Part shown: positions 1 through 8,075 of the stretch, piece after piece
How the letters are laid out: every line of letters starts with the position of its first letter
Position numbering within the stretch: position 1 is the stretch's first letter
Origin: a virus
Taxonomy: Duplodnaviria; Heunggongvirae; Uroviricota; Caudoviricetes
Direction: 5' to 3' (one strand)
IMG/VR virus record: IMGVR_UViG_2563366976_000005
DNA length: 13,080 nt
Made by a program: the position numbers and the translations under genes
The notes under the pieces: generated by a model
What the model was told of the DNA's origin: nothing
The model's database searches: none
What the model saw: the letters and a program-made list of their open reading frames with translations, nothing else

Positions 1-1284
1 TTACTTCTTCGCCTCTGCAACCACTTTACTACCCACGCCGCGGTTATTGTATTCCCACATGCGGTTGTAGTTAGTGTCATTCAGATTGCGCTGTATTTCG
101 TCGTTATCATCTACGCTGCCGGTATTACCCGCAAACGGACGATTAGAGATCACCGCATCGGCCCACGGTTTAGCCGTGTTAAAACCTTCGTTGATGGCGC
201 TATCACGGATCACCACCTGACCGTTGGTATTGGCATCAACATCCAGCGAGCGGCCCAGTTGCGCCACACCATCACCGAAAGCATTGAAACGGCTGTTTAC
301 GGCGAGGAAACCGTAGTAAATGTTGGACAGCGTAGCCGGTGCAAACACATACGCTTCTTGCTGAGTACGTGAGTTCACCACGCGGAATTCGGTGTTATCG
401 AACACCACTGCGCCGCGACCAGAAACGATATCCACATCCCCTTCAATGTAGCTGTTGGTCACCAGCGTACGCGGCTGACGATTCGTTTCCAGACGGTTCT
501 GCACACCGCTGTTGGTGACAAAGAAGGTGTTCTGACGACCGAGAATGTTAACGTTGTTAATCTGTACCTGGTCACCATCAGTACGCAGTGCCACCGCCGG
601 ATGGTTACCTGCATCTACGCTATCGCCCAGCGTGTTTTCGATGGTCAGATTTTGCAGTTGCAGGCCATTGTTTTGTGACCAGAAGACCGCAGAGCAGAGA
701 ACACCGATACTGTCGCTGCGTTTGCTCTGGCAGCTATCGTACATATACCACGCTGGTTTACCTGGCATATATTTGCCGCGCGGGTTGACGTCGTGACGCC
801 AGTCGGCAGGGCTCATGCCACCATCAAGGGAAAGCCCAATCTTCACATCAATCGGTTTTTCACCTGTACCGTACAGAGTAATTCCACCCGGAGCGGCAGG
901 GACATATACCGTTCCCTGATACTCACCAGGCATCACGGCAATATACTGGCGCTTGTTGGTACGCTTGATAATTGCCGCATCTACCGCCGCCTGAATCGTG
1001 GTATGCGTTACACCTTGAGTGCCCGCCGGGCCGACAACAAAGTCAGGTTGCGCAGGCAGGGTAATCGGGGAAGGATTCCACGCTGCAGCACCTGGTGTCA
1101 GGGATGCAAAATAGTGTTGAGCATCGAAATTCTGCGCTTCTTTTGCCGACAGAATCGGGCGAGAAGAGGTACCAGGCGCGGTTTGATCAGAAGGACGTTG
1201 ATCGGGCGGGGTTGAGCTACAGGCGGTCAGCGTCACGCCAAAAGCCAATGCCAGCGCCAGACGGGAAACTGAAAATGTGTTCAC
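1..1284 (-). CDS. ybhC: YbhC outer-membrane lipoprotein (pectinesterase-family acyl-CoA thioesterase), host gene flanking attB-lambda
   Basis: Full 427-aa ORF with a lipoprotein signal (LTACSS lipobox). The sequence matches the E. coli YbhC that I recall. It lies immediately next to the lambda att core, as in the chromosome order ybhC-attB-ybhB-bio. Confidence 0.9.
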   Translation of the reverse strand: MNTFSVSRLALALAFGVTLTACSSTPPDQRPSDQTAPGTSSRPILSAKEAQNFDAQHYFASLTPGAAAWNPSPITLPAQPDFVVGPAGTQGVTHTTIQAAVDAAIIKRTNKRQYIAVMPGEYQGTVYVPAAPGGITLYGTGEKPIDVKIGLSLDGGMSPADWRHDVNPRGKYMPGKPAWYMYDSCQSKRSDSIGVLCSAVFWSQNNGLQLQNLTIENTLGDSVDAGNHPAVALRTDGDQVQINNVNILGRQNTFFVTNSGVQNRLETNRQPRTLVTNSYIEGDVDIVSGRGAVVFDNTEFRVVNSRTQQEAYVFAPATLSNIYYGFLAVNSRFNAFGDGVAQLGRSLDVDANTNGQVVIRDSAINEGFNTAKPWADAVISNRPFAGNTGSVDDNDEIQRNLNDTNYNRMWEYNNRGVGSKVVAEAKK

Positions 1285-1319
1285 AGGTTGCTCCGGGCTA
1301 TGAAATAGAAAAATGAATC

Positions 1320-1425
1320 CGTTGAAGCCTGCTTTTTATACTAAGTTGGCATTATAAAAAAGCATTGCTTATCAATTTGTTGCAACGAACAGGTCACTAT
1401 CAGTCAAAATAAAATCATTATTTGA
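1320..1425. other. Prophage attL. The core-like sequence GCTTTTTATACTAA is at 1331-1344, the IHF H' site (TATCAATTTGTTG) at 1370-1382, and the Int arm-type sites P'1-P'3 (AGGTCACTAT, CAGTCAAAAT, AAATCATTAT) at about 1392-1422
   Basis: Host-like sequence GAAGCCTGC lies to the left and phage P' arm sequence (GTTGGCATTATAAAAAAGCATTGCTTATCAATTTGTTGCAACGAACAGGTCACTATCAGTCAAAATAAAATCATTATTTG) to the right, matching the lambda attL that I recall. The int stop codon falls inside the P' arm, as in lambda. Confidence 0.85.
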
Positions 1426-2488
1426 TTTCAATTTTGTCCCACTCCCTGCCTCTGTCATCACGATACTGTGATGCCATGGTGTCCGACTTATGCCCGAGAA
1501 GATGTTGAGCAAACTTATCGCTTATCTGCTTCTCATAGAGTCTTGCAGACAAACTGCGCAACTCGTGAAAGGTAGGCGGATCCCCTTCGAAGGAAAGACC
1601 TGATGCTTTTCGTGCGCGCATAAAATACCTTGATACTGTGCCGGATGAAAGCGGTTCGCGACGAGTAGATGCAATTATGGTTTCTCCGCCAAGAATCTCT
1701 TTGCATTTATCAAGTGTTTCCTTCATTGATATTCCGAGAGCATCAACATGCAATGCTGTTGGGATGGCAATTTTTACGCCTGTTTTGCTTTGCTCGACAT
1801 AAAGATATCCATCTACGATATCAGACCACTTCATTTCGCATAAATCACCAACTCGTTGCCCGGTAACAACAGCCAGTTCCATTGCAAGTCTGAGCCAACA
1901 TGGTGATGATTCTGCTGCTTGATAAATTTTCAGGTATTCGTCAGCCGTAAGTCTTGATCTCCTTACCTCTGATTTTGCTGCGCGAGTGGCAGCGACAGGG
2001 TTTGTTGTTATATGGCCTTCAGCTATTGCCTCTCGGAATGCATCGCTCAGTGTTGATCTGATTAACTTGGCTGACGCCGCCTTGCCCTCGTCTATGTATC
2101 CATTGAGCATTGCCGCAATTTCTTTTGTGGTGATGTCTTCAAGTGGAGCATCAGGCAGACCCCTCCTTATTGCTTTAATTTTGCTCATGTAATTTATGAG
2201 TGTCTTCTGCTTGATTCCTCTGCTGGCCAGGATTTTTTCGTAGCGATCAAGCCATGAATGTAACGTAACGGAATTATCACTGTTGATTCTCGCTGTCAGA
2301 GGCTTGTGTTTGTGTCCTGAAAATAACTCAATGTTGGCCTGTATAGCTTCAGTGATTGCGATTCGCCTGTCTCGGCCTAATCCAAACTCTTTACCCGTCC
2401 TTGGGTCCCTGTAGCAGTAATATCCATTGTTTCTTATATAAAGGTTAGGGGGTAAATCCCGGCGCTCATGACTTCGCCTTCTTCCCAT
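1418..2488 (-). CDS. int: Lambda integrase (tyrosine recombinase), 356 aa
   Basis: The translation MGRRRSHERRDLPPNLYIRNNGYYCYRDPRTGKEFGLGRDRR... ...HLLGHKSDTMASQYRDDRGREWDKIEIK matches lambda Int over its full length. It overlaps xis by 23 nt, as in lambda. Confidence 0.97.
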   Translation of the reverse strand: MGRRRSHERRDLPPNLYIRNNGYYCYRDPRTGKEFGLGRDRRIAITEAIQANIELFSGHKHKPLTARINSDNSVTLHSWLDRYEKILASRGIKQKTLINYMSKIKAIRRGLPDAPLEDITTKEIAAMLNGYIDEGKAASAKLIRSTLSDAFREAIAEGHITTNPVAATRAAKSEVRRSRLTADEYLKIYQAAESSPCWLRLAMELAVVTGQRVGDLCEMKWSDIVDGYLYVEQSKTGVKIAIPTALHVDALGISMKETLDKCKEILGGETIIASTRREPLSSGTVSRYFMRARKASGLSFEGDPPTFHELRSLSARLYEKQISDKFAQHLLGHKSDTMASQYRDDRGREWDKIEIK

Positions 2489-2684
2489 TTCTGATCCTCT
2501 TCAAAAGGCTACCTGTTACTGGTCGATTTAAGTCAACCTTTACCGCTGATTCGTGGAACAGATATTCTCTTCCATCCTTAACCGGAGGAGGGAATATCCT
2601 GCATTCGCGCACCCATCGACGAACTGTTTCAAGGCTTCTTGGGCGTCGCTGGCGAGCGTTCCACTCCTGAAGTGTCAAGTACAT
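2466..2684 (-). CDS. xis: Lambda excisionase Xis, 72 aa
   Basis: MYLTLQEWNARQRRPRSLETVRRWVRECRIFPPPVKDGREYLFHESAVKVDLNRPVTGSLLKRIRNGKKAKS is lambda Xis. It overlaps the int start. Confidence 0.95.
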   Translation of the reverse strand: MYLTLQEWNARQRRPRSLETVRRWVRECRIFPPPVKDGREYLFHESAVKVDLNRPVTGSLLKRIRNGKKAKS

Positions 2685-2710
2685 CGCAAAGTCTCCGCAA
2701 TTACACGCAA

Positions 2711-2732
2711 GAAAAAACCGCCATCAGGCGGC
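2711..2732 (-). terminator. Rho-independent terminator for leftward (pL-distal) transcription, just upstream of xis
   Basis: On the - strand the sequence reads GCCGCCTGATGGCGGTTTTTT. This is a 5-6 bp GC stem with a 4-nt loop followed by a T6 run. Confidence 0.55.
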
Positions 2733-2901
2733 TTGGTGTTCTTTCAGTTCTTCAATTCGAATATTGGTTACGTCTGCATGTGCTATCTGCGCCCACAGCA
2801 TCCAGTGGTTATAGCAGTCGCTGATGTTCTCGGCTTCGATAACTCTGTTGAATGGTTCTCCATTCCATTCACCTGTAACTCGGAAGTGCATTTATCATCG
2901 C

Positions 2902-2960
2902 CATAAAACAAAACTCGCCGTAGCGAGTTCAGATAAAAGAAAACCCGCACTCGGCGGGTT
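2902..2960 (-). terminator. Tandem pair of rho-independent terminators on the - strand
   Basis: Hairpin A is CCCGC-ACTCG-GCGGG (2944-2958), followed on the - strand by TTTCTTTTATCT. Hairpin B is ACTCGC-CGTA-GCGAGT (2914-2929), followed on the - strand by TTTGTTTTATGG. Confidence 0.5.
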
Positions 2961-3239
2961 CGCATTCGTTCAAATTGCGTTTACTTCTTGGCGTTCTGTT
3001 CATCCATATCGATATACCATGGGTTGCTTCCCTTGGGCATGTTTAACGACTGCTCGCGATAGTATCTGATGCGCTCCATGAAATACTCGCGTGAGTGCTC
3101 AGGTTGCTCTCATGATACCTGCTCAGTGATAACAGGTATGTTAAGGCGCTCTCTGTACTCCATGCCTGATGCTGCAAGGTCAACGTTTACCTTGTTCTGT
3201 TTTTCTTTCGATTTCTCGGCGATGTTATGCCTGACATTG

Positions 3240-3524
3240 TCAACCCGCCTCCTTCTGAACATAACGGTTATAAATCAGTCCCTGAGGGCCATAAGGAAGC
3301 GGGATGTGCAACTCCTCTGGTTCAGAAACTATCCATTCCCCGGCCATCTCCGCTGGAGAGGTAATGATAAGTTGTTTGCTAATAAAAGGACCACTCCTCT
3401 CAACAACAAGCTTACCATCTTCATTAATAAAAGCTTGGATGTCAGGTGTGCTTCCACACTTGGTGATGCAGCGTTTGAACATTTTGTGTCCCCCCATTTT
3501 ATGGACGGGGTAATTATAACACAT
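3240..3524 (-). CDS. Hypothetical small protein in the ea8.5 position. The true start is more likely the internal M (MFKRC...) at about 3482, which has a GGGGGA Shine-Dalgarno
   Basis: ORF of 94 aa (80 aa from the SD-supported start), in a low-GC region. It occupies the lambda ea8.5 position between xis and the ea22 neighbourhood. I cannot confirm homology from memory. Confidence 0.4.
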   Translation of the reverse strand: MCYNYPVHKMGGHKMFKRCITKCGSTPDIQAFINEDGKLVVERSGPFISKQLIITSPAEMAGEWIVSEPEELHIPLPYGPQGLIYNRYVQKEAG

Positions 3525-3608
3525 TGAAATATAGTAATATTTGACGTAGATTTCTTTTGATCTATAAGCGATTTTTTAATGCTTTTAAGTTATAAATACT
3601 TGTTTTCA

Positions 3609-4184
3609 TCACCCATCTTGCTGCGGTGCTACTATTGAAAAGTACTCACACCCTTTAGCCCAAATAGTTTTGATAGTTGTCCAACTGACTGGAACCTTGA
3701 TTTCGATTCTTCCGCTGCCGTCACAAGTTTCGCAATCATCATCACCAAAGCATTCCGGGCAGCTTATAAACGTAGTTTCTGAAAATTCACCGGATAGCAC
3801 ACCCTTAGCGCCGTTCTCAGCGGTTAGTTTCTTCGGCACTATAACCCAACCATCCGGAGTTACCGGAGAATTGCCATTTATATCGAAGTTTGGCTCTGCG
3901 TCCTGAACCAGGAGGATGTAACCATTCTTGGCAGTATCAAGTTCTAACGCCTCGGTGACGGTACCGAAATAGCGATTACCTAAATCCGCATCACAAGTGC
4001 TTACATCAATGGAAACCTCCATGCCTTCGATTAATTCTGGCAAGTTGTAAGTTTGGCTTACAGGTTCTGCTCCCAGTGATGCCAGTGCAATTCGTGCCAG
4101 TTCCATTTGTTCGCCACGAGTAAGCCCGTTTTCAAGCGGATTTTTAATGAACAATTCAATACGTTCTTTGGTAATAGTGGTCAT
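3609..4184 (-). CDS. Hypothetical protein (191 aa) with a C-terminal DnaJ-type CxxCxGxG zinc-ribbon motif (CPECFGDDDCETCDGSGRIE)
   Basis: Clean ORF with an AAGGA Shine-Dalgarno 7 nt upstream of the ATG. It starts 10 bp after the stop of the upstream TGT-like gene, so they form an operon. GC content is lower than in the lambda core genes. Confidence 0.7.
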   Translation of the reverse strand: MTTITKERIELFIKNPLENGLTRGEQMELARIALASLGAEPVSQTYNLPELIEGMEVSIDVSTCDADLGNRYFGTVTEALELDTAKNGYILLVQDAEPNFDINGNSPVTPDGWVIVPKKLTAENGAKGVLSGEFSETTFISCPECFGDDDCETCDGSGRIEIKVPVSWTTIKTIWAKGCEYFSIVAPQQDG

Positions 4185-4194
4185 TTGTTAGTCC

Positions 4195-4950
4195 TTAAAC
4201 TGCTAGTTGCAATTGCATTTCAAAGCGGTCGCGTTGTTCACAATACGCAAGAGAACCAGGGCTATTGTGTGCCTCAATCCGTTCTACCATTAATGCTGCG
4301 CGTGTCTCTTTACTTGCAGGTGCATAAGCCCCAGACCAGGCTTTATCAATACCGATGTTTCGAGCGACGTTCGTACTATCTGCGCTGGCTAAGGGTAATT
4401 TTGTGAATATCAGCGGATTTAACATGCGCAATCCATGTAGTTTCGTAACCGGCTGACCATGCCCATCAACAATGTGACGAATCAGGTCTTTCATTCTGGC
4501 TACCGCAAGAGTTGGGCGCTTTACGTCATAGTCGCCACAACTACCGATAGCCACTCGCGGAAACTCATTGCACAAATGAATAAATCGCTCGTCACTTTCA
4601 TTCATGTGCCACACTGGAACGCCAGCTAGTTTTCCGTGAGGCCACTCATTCAGAAGCGCATCATTTTCCTCCTCTCCGCCATCAATAACATCCGGGATAA
4701 TGGCAAAATCGAATCCTGGGTGATTCTTCCAGCGAGCAACAAACTCGTAGTAATCGCTCCAGTCGATTTTGTTTTTGCCAGCTGCTTTCCAGGCGGTGAA
4801 TGCACCGTTGTCCAGCGCGAACGACTGACAGTATTCAGCCGCGAGATTGATCTGGCCTGAATGCGCAAAACTGATAAACGCATGTCGCCCTTTCCATGCT
4901 CTCATTGCGCACGTATCAGGAGTAATAGGCCCACCGTGGTAGTGAATCAT
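4195..4950 (-). CDS. tRNA-guanine transglycosylase (TGT)/DpdA-like protein, 251 aa. This is a candidate 7-deazaguanine DNA transglycosylase
   Basis: An AAGGAG Shine-Dalgarno precedes the ATG at 4950 (MIHYHGGP...). The ORF track extends a 265-aa version to 4992, overlapping the upstream gene. Four motifs occur in the same order and similar spacing as the bacterial TGT catalytic core that I recall: LDNGAF resembles TDSGG(F/Y)Q (nucleophile Asp), RVAIGSCG resembles YAVGGLAVG, KLHGLRM resembles HYLMGVG, and ADSTNVARNIG resembles FDCVLPTRSGRNG (second catalytic Asp). There is no C-terminal Zn subdomain, consistent with minimal phage DpdA-type enzymes. Confidence 0.5.
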   Translation of the reverse strand: MIHYHGGPITPDTCAMRAWKGRHAFISFAHSGQINLAAEYCQSFALDNGAFTAWKAAGKNKIDWSDYYEFVARWKNHPGFDFAIIPDVIDGGEEENDALLNEWPHGKLAGVPVWHMNESDERFIHLCNEFPRVAIGSCGDYDVKRPTLAVARMKDLIRHIVDGHGQPVTKLHGLRMLNPLIFTKLPLASADSTNVARNIGIDKAWSGAYAPASKETRAALMVERIEAHNSPGSLAYCEQRDRFEMQLQLAV

Positions 4951-4951
4951 C

Positions 4952-5359
4952 TCACTCTCCTTTGATGCGAATGCCAGTAGCGCGGATTGCATCGATGACT
5001 TCAGAAACTTTGTATGCCATTACCGTTTGGTAATCATCGTGAAAATCTGTTCGATGAAGCATGCTGCTACGTTCCGGGAGCAGTATTTCCCGCGCTTCCA
5101 GTTCTGCAATGCGCTTTTTTGCTGCTTCCAGTTCATCCAGTAATTCCAGCACGGTAGCCGGATTAGCCTTGGCAACAAAATCCCGGACTGGCTTACAATC
5201 AATCTCCGCAATGGGTTGATACGATGTGTAGCCATGCTGTCTTGTATAACTACCGTGACGAATAACGAAAAAATCACCATTTATTTTTTTAGCCTGCCAC
5301 TTATCTTCACCGGCTTTCTCTGCCGCTTCACGCAGTGCCTGAGAGTTAATTTCGCTCAC
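4952..5359 (-). CDS. Ea22-like protein (short form, 135 aa) with a GTG start
   Basis: The N-terminus MSEINSQALREAAE and C-terminus ...GIRIKGE resemble lambda Ea22 termini as I recall them. The middle is a coiled-coil (LLDELEAAKKRIAELEAREI). The start codon is GTG, overlapping the TGA of the upstream orf73. Confidence 0.6.
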   Translation of the reverse strand: MSEINSQALREAAEKAGEDKWQAKKINGDFFVIRHGSYTRQHGYTSYQPIAEIDCKPVRDFVAKANPATVLELLDELEAAKKRIAELEAREILLPERSSMLHRTDFHDDYQTVMAYKVSEVIDAIRATGIRIKGE

Positions 5360-5577
5360 GTCGAACCTCTCTGTTTACTGATAAGCTCCAGATCTTGCTG
5401 GCAACTGGCACAAGTCCGACAACCCTGAACGGCCAGTCGTCTTCGTTCATCTATCGGATCGCCACACTCACAACAATGAGTGGCAGATATAGCCTGGTGG
5501 TTCAGGCGGCGCATTTTTATTGCTGTGTTGCGCTGTAATTCTTCAATTTCTGATGCTGAATCAATTATGTCTGCCAT
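5356..5577 (-). CDS. DksA/TraR-family C4 zinc-finger protein (lambda orf73-like), 73 aa
   Basis: CCECGDPI...CRTCASCQ forms a CxxC-x17-CxxC zinc finger in a 73-aa protein. This is the size and architecture of TraR and lambda Orf73, which are RNAP secondary-channel binders. Confidence 0.75.
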   Translation of the reverse strand: MADIIDSASEIEELQRNTAIKMRRLNHQAISATHCCECGDPIDERRRLAVQGCRTCASCQQDLELISKQRGST

Positions 5578-5675
5578 CTTTCATTAATCCCTGAATTGTT
5601 GGTTAATACGCTTGAGGGTGAATGCGAATAATAAAAAAGGAGCCTGTAGCTCCCTGATGATTTTGCTTTTCATGT

Positions 5676-5957
5676 TCACCGTTCCTTAAAGACGCCGTTC
5701 AACATGCCGATCGCCAGGCTTAAATGAGTCGGTGTGAATCCCATCAGCGTTACCGTTTCGCGGTGCTTCTTTAGTACGCTACGGCAAATGTAATCGACGT
5801 TTTTATCCGGAAACTGCTGTCTGGCTTTTTTGATTTCAGAATTAGCCTGACGGGCAATGCTGCGAAGGGCGTTTTCTTGCTGAGGTGTCATTGAACAAGC
5901 CCCATGTCGGCAAGCATAAGCACACAGAATATGAAGCCCGCTGCCAGAAAAATGCAT
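5676..5957 (-). CDS. Small early-left ORF in the lambda orf61 position. An alternative start at MTPQQ (about 5891) would give 71 aa
   Basis: Positional correspondence in the orf61-orf63-orf60a-exo string. The start is ambiguous: a weak Shine-Dalgarno precedes the first ATG and GGGG precedes the internal ATG. Confidence 0.5.
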   Translation of the reverse strand: MHFSGSGLHILCAYACRHGACSMTPQQENALRSIARQANSEIKKARQQFPDKNVDYICRSVLKKHRETVTLMGFTPTHLSLAIGMLNGVFKER

Positions 5958-5967
5958 TCAGTGGTTG

Positions 5968-6159
5968 TCATACCTGGTCTCTCTCATCTGCTTCTGCTTT
6001 CGCCACCATCATTTCCAGCTTTTGTGAAAGGGATGCGGCTAACGTATGAAATTCTTCGTCTGTTTCTACTGATATTGGCACAAACCTGACTCCAATTTGA
6101 GCGAGGCTATGTGCCATCTCGATACTCGTTCTTAACTCAACGGGAGATGCTTTGTGCAT
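5968..6159 (-). CDS. Lambda orf63 homologue (63 aa)
   Basis: The size is exactly 63 aa. It overlaps orf60a by 28 nt, as in lambda, and the sequence [23 protein letters not shown]... is consistent with lambda orf63. Confidence 0.8.
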   Translation of the reverse strand: MHKASPVELRTSIEMAHSLAQIGVRFVPISVETDEEFHTLAASLSQKLEMMVAKAEADERDQV

Positions 6160-6314
6160 ACAGCTCCCCGTTTATTATTTATCTCCTCAGCCAGCCGCTG
6201 TGCTTTCAGGGGATTTCTGATAACAGAAAGGCCGGGAAATACCCAGCCTCGCTTTGTAATGGAGTAGACGAAAGTGATCGCGCCCACCCGGATATTATCG
6301 TGAGGATGCGTCAT
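6132..6314 (-). CDS. Lambda orf60a homologue (60 aa from MTHPHD...)
   Basis: The start at the second Met gives 60 aa and an ATGA overlap with the exo stop, exactly the lambda arrangement. The track ORF is 2 codons longer (MAM...). Confidence 0.8.
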   Translation of the reverse strand: MTHPHDNIRVGAITFVYSITKRGWVFPGLSVIRNPLKAQRLAEEINNKRGAVCTKHLPLS

Positions 6315-6991
6315 CGCCATTGCTCCCCAAATACAAAACCAATTTCAGCCAGTGCCTCGTCCATTTTTTCGATGAACTCCGGCACCATCTCGTCAAAACT
6401 CGCCATGTACTTTTCATCCCGCTCAACCACGACATAATGCAGGCCTTCACGCTTCATACGCGGGTCATAGTTGGCAAAGTACCAGGCATCTTTTCGCGTC
6501 ACCCACATGCTGTACTGCACCTGGGCCATGTAAGCCGACTTTATGGCCTCGAAACCACCGAGCCGGAACTTCATGAAATCCCGGGAGGTAAACGGGCATT
6601 TCAGCTCAAGGCCATTGCCGTCACTGCATAAACCATCGGGAGAGCAGGCGGTACGCATACTTTCGTCGCGATAGATGATCGGGGATTCAGTAACATTCAC
6701 GCCGGAAGTGAATTCAAACAGAGTTCTGGCGTCGTTCTCGTACTGTTTTCCCCATGCCAGCGCCTTAGCATTAACTTCCGGAGCCACACCGGTGCAAACC
6801 TCAGCCAGCAGGGTGTGGAAGTAGGACATTTTCATGTCAGGCCACTTTTTTCCGGAGCGGGGTTTTGCTATCACATTGTGAACTTCTGAAGCGGTGATGA
6901 CGCCGAGCCGTAATTTGTGCCACGCATCATCCCCCTGTTCGACAGCTCTCACGTCGATTCCGGTACGCTGCAGGATAATGTCCGGTGTCAT
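6311..6991 (-). CDS. exo: Lambda exonuclease (Red-alpha), 226 aa
   Basis: [65 protein letters not shown]... ends ...[11 protein letters not shown]. This is lambda Exo, and it overlaps the bet stop. Confidence 0.97.
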   Translation of the reverse strand: MTPDIILQRTGIDVRAVEQGDDAWHKLRLGVITASEVHNVIAKPRSGKKWPDMKMSYFHTLLAEVCTGVAPEVNAKALAWGKQYENDARTLFEFTSGVNVTESPIIYRDESMRTACSPDGLCSDGNGLELKCPFTSRDFMKFRLGGFEAIKSAYMAQVQYSMWVTRKDAWYFANYDPRMKREGLHYVVVERDEKYMASFDEMVPEFIEKMDEALAEIGFVFGEQWR

Positions 6992-7773
6992 GCAGCCACC
7001 TTCTGCTCAGTGGCTTTCTGTTTCAGGAATCCAAGAGCTTTCACTGCTTCGGCCTGTGTCAGTTCTGACGATGCGCGAATGTCGCGGCGAAATATCTGGG
7101 AACAGAGCGGCAATAAGTCGTCATCCCATGTTTTATCCAGGGCAATCAGCAGAGTGTTAATCTCCTGCATGGTTTCATCGTTAACCGGAGTGATGTCGCG
7201 TTCCGGCTGACGTTCTGCAGTGTATGCGGTATTTTCGACAATGCGCTCGGCTTCATCCTTGTCATAGATACCCGCAAATCCGAAGGCCAGACGGGCACAC
7301 TGAATCATGGCTTTATGCCGTAACATCCGTTTGGGATGCGACTGCCACGGCCCCGTAATTTCTCTGCCTTCGCGGGTTTTGAATGGTTCGCGGCGGCATT
7401 CATCCATCCACTCGGTAACGCAGATCGGATGATTACGGTCCTTGCGGTAAATCCGGCATGTACAGGATTCATTGTCCTGCTCAAAGTCCATGCCATCAAA
7501 CTGCTGGTTTTCATTGATGATGCGGGACCAGCCATCAACGCCCACCACCGGAACGATGCCATTCTGCTTATCAGGAAAGGTGTAAATTTCTTTCGTCCAC
7601 GGATTAAGGCCGTACTGGTTGGCAACGATCAGTAATGCGATGAACTGCGCATCGCTGGCATCACCTTTAAATGCCGTCTGGCGAAGAGTGGTGATCAGTT
7701 CCTGTGGGTCGACAGAATCCATGCCGACACGTTCAGCCAGCTTCCCAGCCAGCGTTGCGAGTGCTGTACTCAT
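6988..7773 (-). CDS. bet: Lambda Bet (Red-beta single-strand annealing protein), 261 aa
   Basis: [64 protein letters not shown]... matches lambda Bet. Confidence 0.97.
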   Translation of the reverse strand: MSTALATLAGKLAERVGMDSVDPQELITTLRQTAFKGDASDAQFIALLIVANQYGLNPWTKEIYTFPDKQNGIVPVVGVDGWSRIINENQQFDGMDFEQDNESCTCRIYRKDRNHPICVTEWMDECRREPFKTREGREITGPWQSHPKRMLRHKAMIQCARLAFGFAGIYDKDEAERIVENTAYTAERQPERDITPVNDETMQEINTLLIALDKTWDDDLLPLCSQIFRRDIRASSELTQAEAVKALGFLKQKATEQKVAA

Positions 7774-7778
7774 CCGTT

Positions 7779-8075
7779 TTATACCTCTGAATCAATATCA
7801 ACCTGGTGGTGAGCAATGGTTTCAACCATGTACCGGATGTGTTCTGCCATGCGCTCCTGAAACTCAACATCGTCATCAAACGCACGGGTAATGGCTTTTT
7901 TGCTGGCCCCGTGGCGTTGCAAATGATCGATGCATAGCGATTCAAACAGGTGCTGGGGCAGGCCTTTTTCCATGTCGTCTGCCAGTTCTGCCTCTTTCTC
8001 TTCACGGGCGATCTGCTGGTAGTGACGCGCCCAGCTCTGAGCCTCAAGACGATCCTGAATGTAATAAGCGTTCAT
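7779..8075 (-). CDS. gam: Gam (RecBCD inhibitor), 98-aa GamS form
   Basis: [60 protein letters not shown]... ...[10 protein letters not shown] is lambda GamS. A strong AGGAG Shine-Dalgarno lies 8 nt upstream. The in-frame upstream sequence reads ...FRSSAM but hits a TAA before any ATG, so there is no 138-aa long form. Confidence 0.9.
   Translation of the reverse strand: MNAYYIQDRLEAQSWARHYQQIAREEKEAELADDMEKGLPQHLFESLCIDHLQRHGASKKAITRAFDDDVEFQERMAEHIRYMVETIAHHQVDIDSEV

Noticed and set aside
545-1316. Four + strand ORFs (545..796, 588..788, 793..1215, 1095..1316) inside ybhC
   Set aside because: They are antisense to a well-supported, full-length conserved host gene. They have no Shine-Dalgarno, and they are typical GC-rich shadow ORFs.
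1669-2192. + strand ORFs 1669..1866 and 1986..2192 inside int
   Set aside because: They are antisense to lambda int, which is essentially identical here, so they are shadow frames.
2553-3527. + strand ORFs 2553..2906, 2639..2824, 2824..3069 and 3069..3527, and - strand ORF 2783..2965
   Set aside because: They overlap xis, the terminator cluster and the ea8.5-like gene in antisense or alternative frames. They have no ribosome-binding sites, and they run across hairpin terminators.
3525-3608. Possible sigma70 promoter TTGACG-N16-TATAAG on the + strand in the AT-rich gap
   Set aside because: It would drive rightward transcription antisense to the whole leftward operon, with no + strand gene downstream. 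It is more likely a chance match in AT-rich DNA.
4951-4992. Longer 265-aa version of the TGT-like ORF starting at 4992
   Set aside because: It would overlap the ea22-like gene by 41 nt. An AAGGAG Shine-Dalgarno sits at the correct distance from the ATG at 4950, immediately after the ea22-like stop.
6320-8047. Assorted + and - strand ORFs (6320..6631, 6894..7160, 6917..7210, 7305..7625, 7336..7635, 7619..7891, 7733..8047) over exo, bet and gam
   Set aside because: All lie within or antisense to exo, bet and gam, which are lambda-identical here. They are shadow ORFs.
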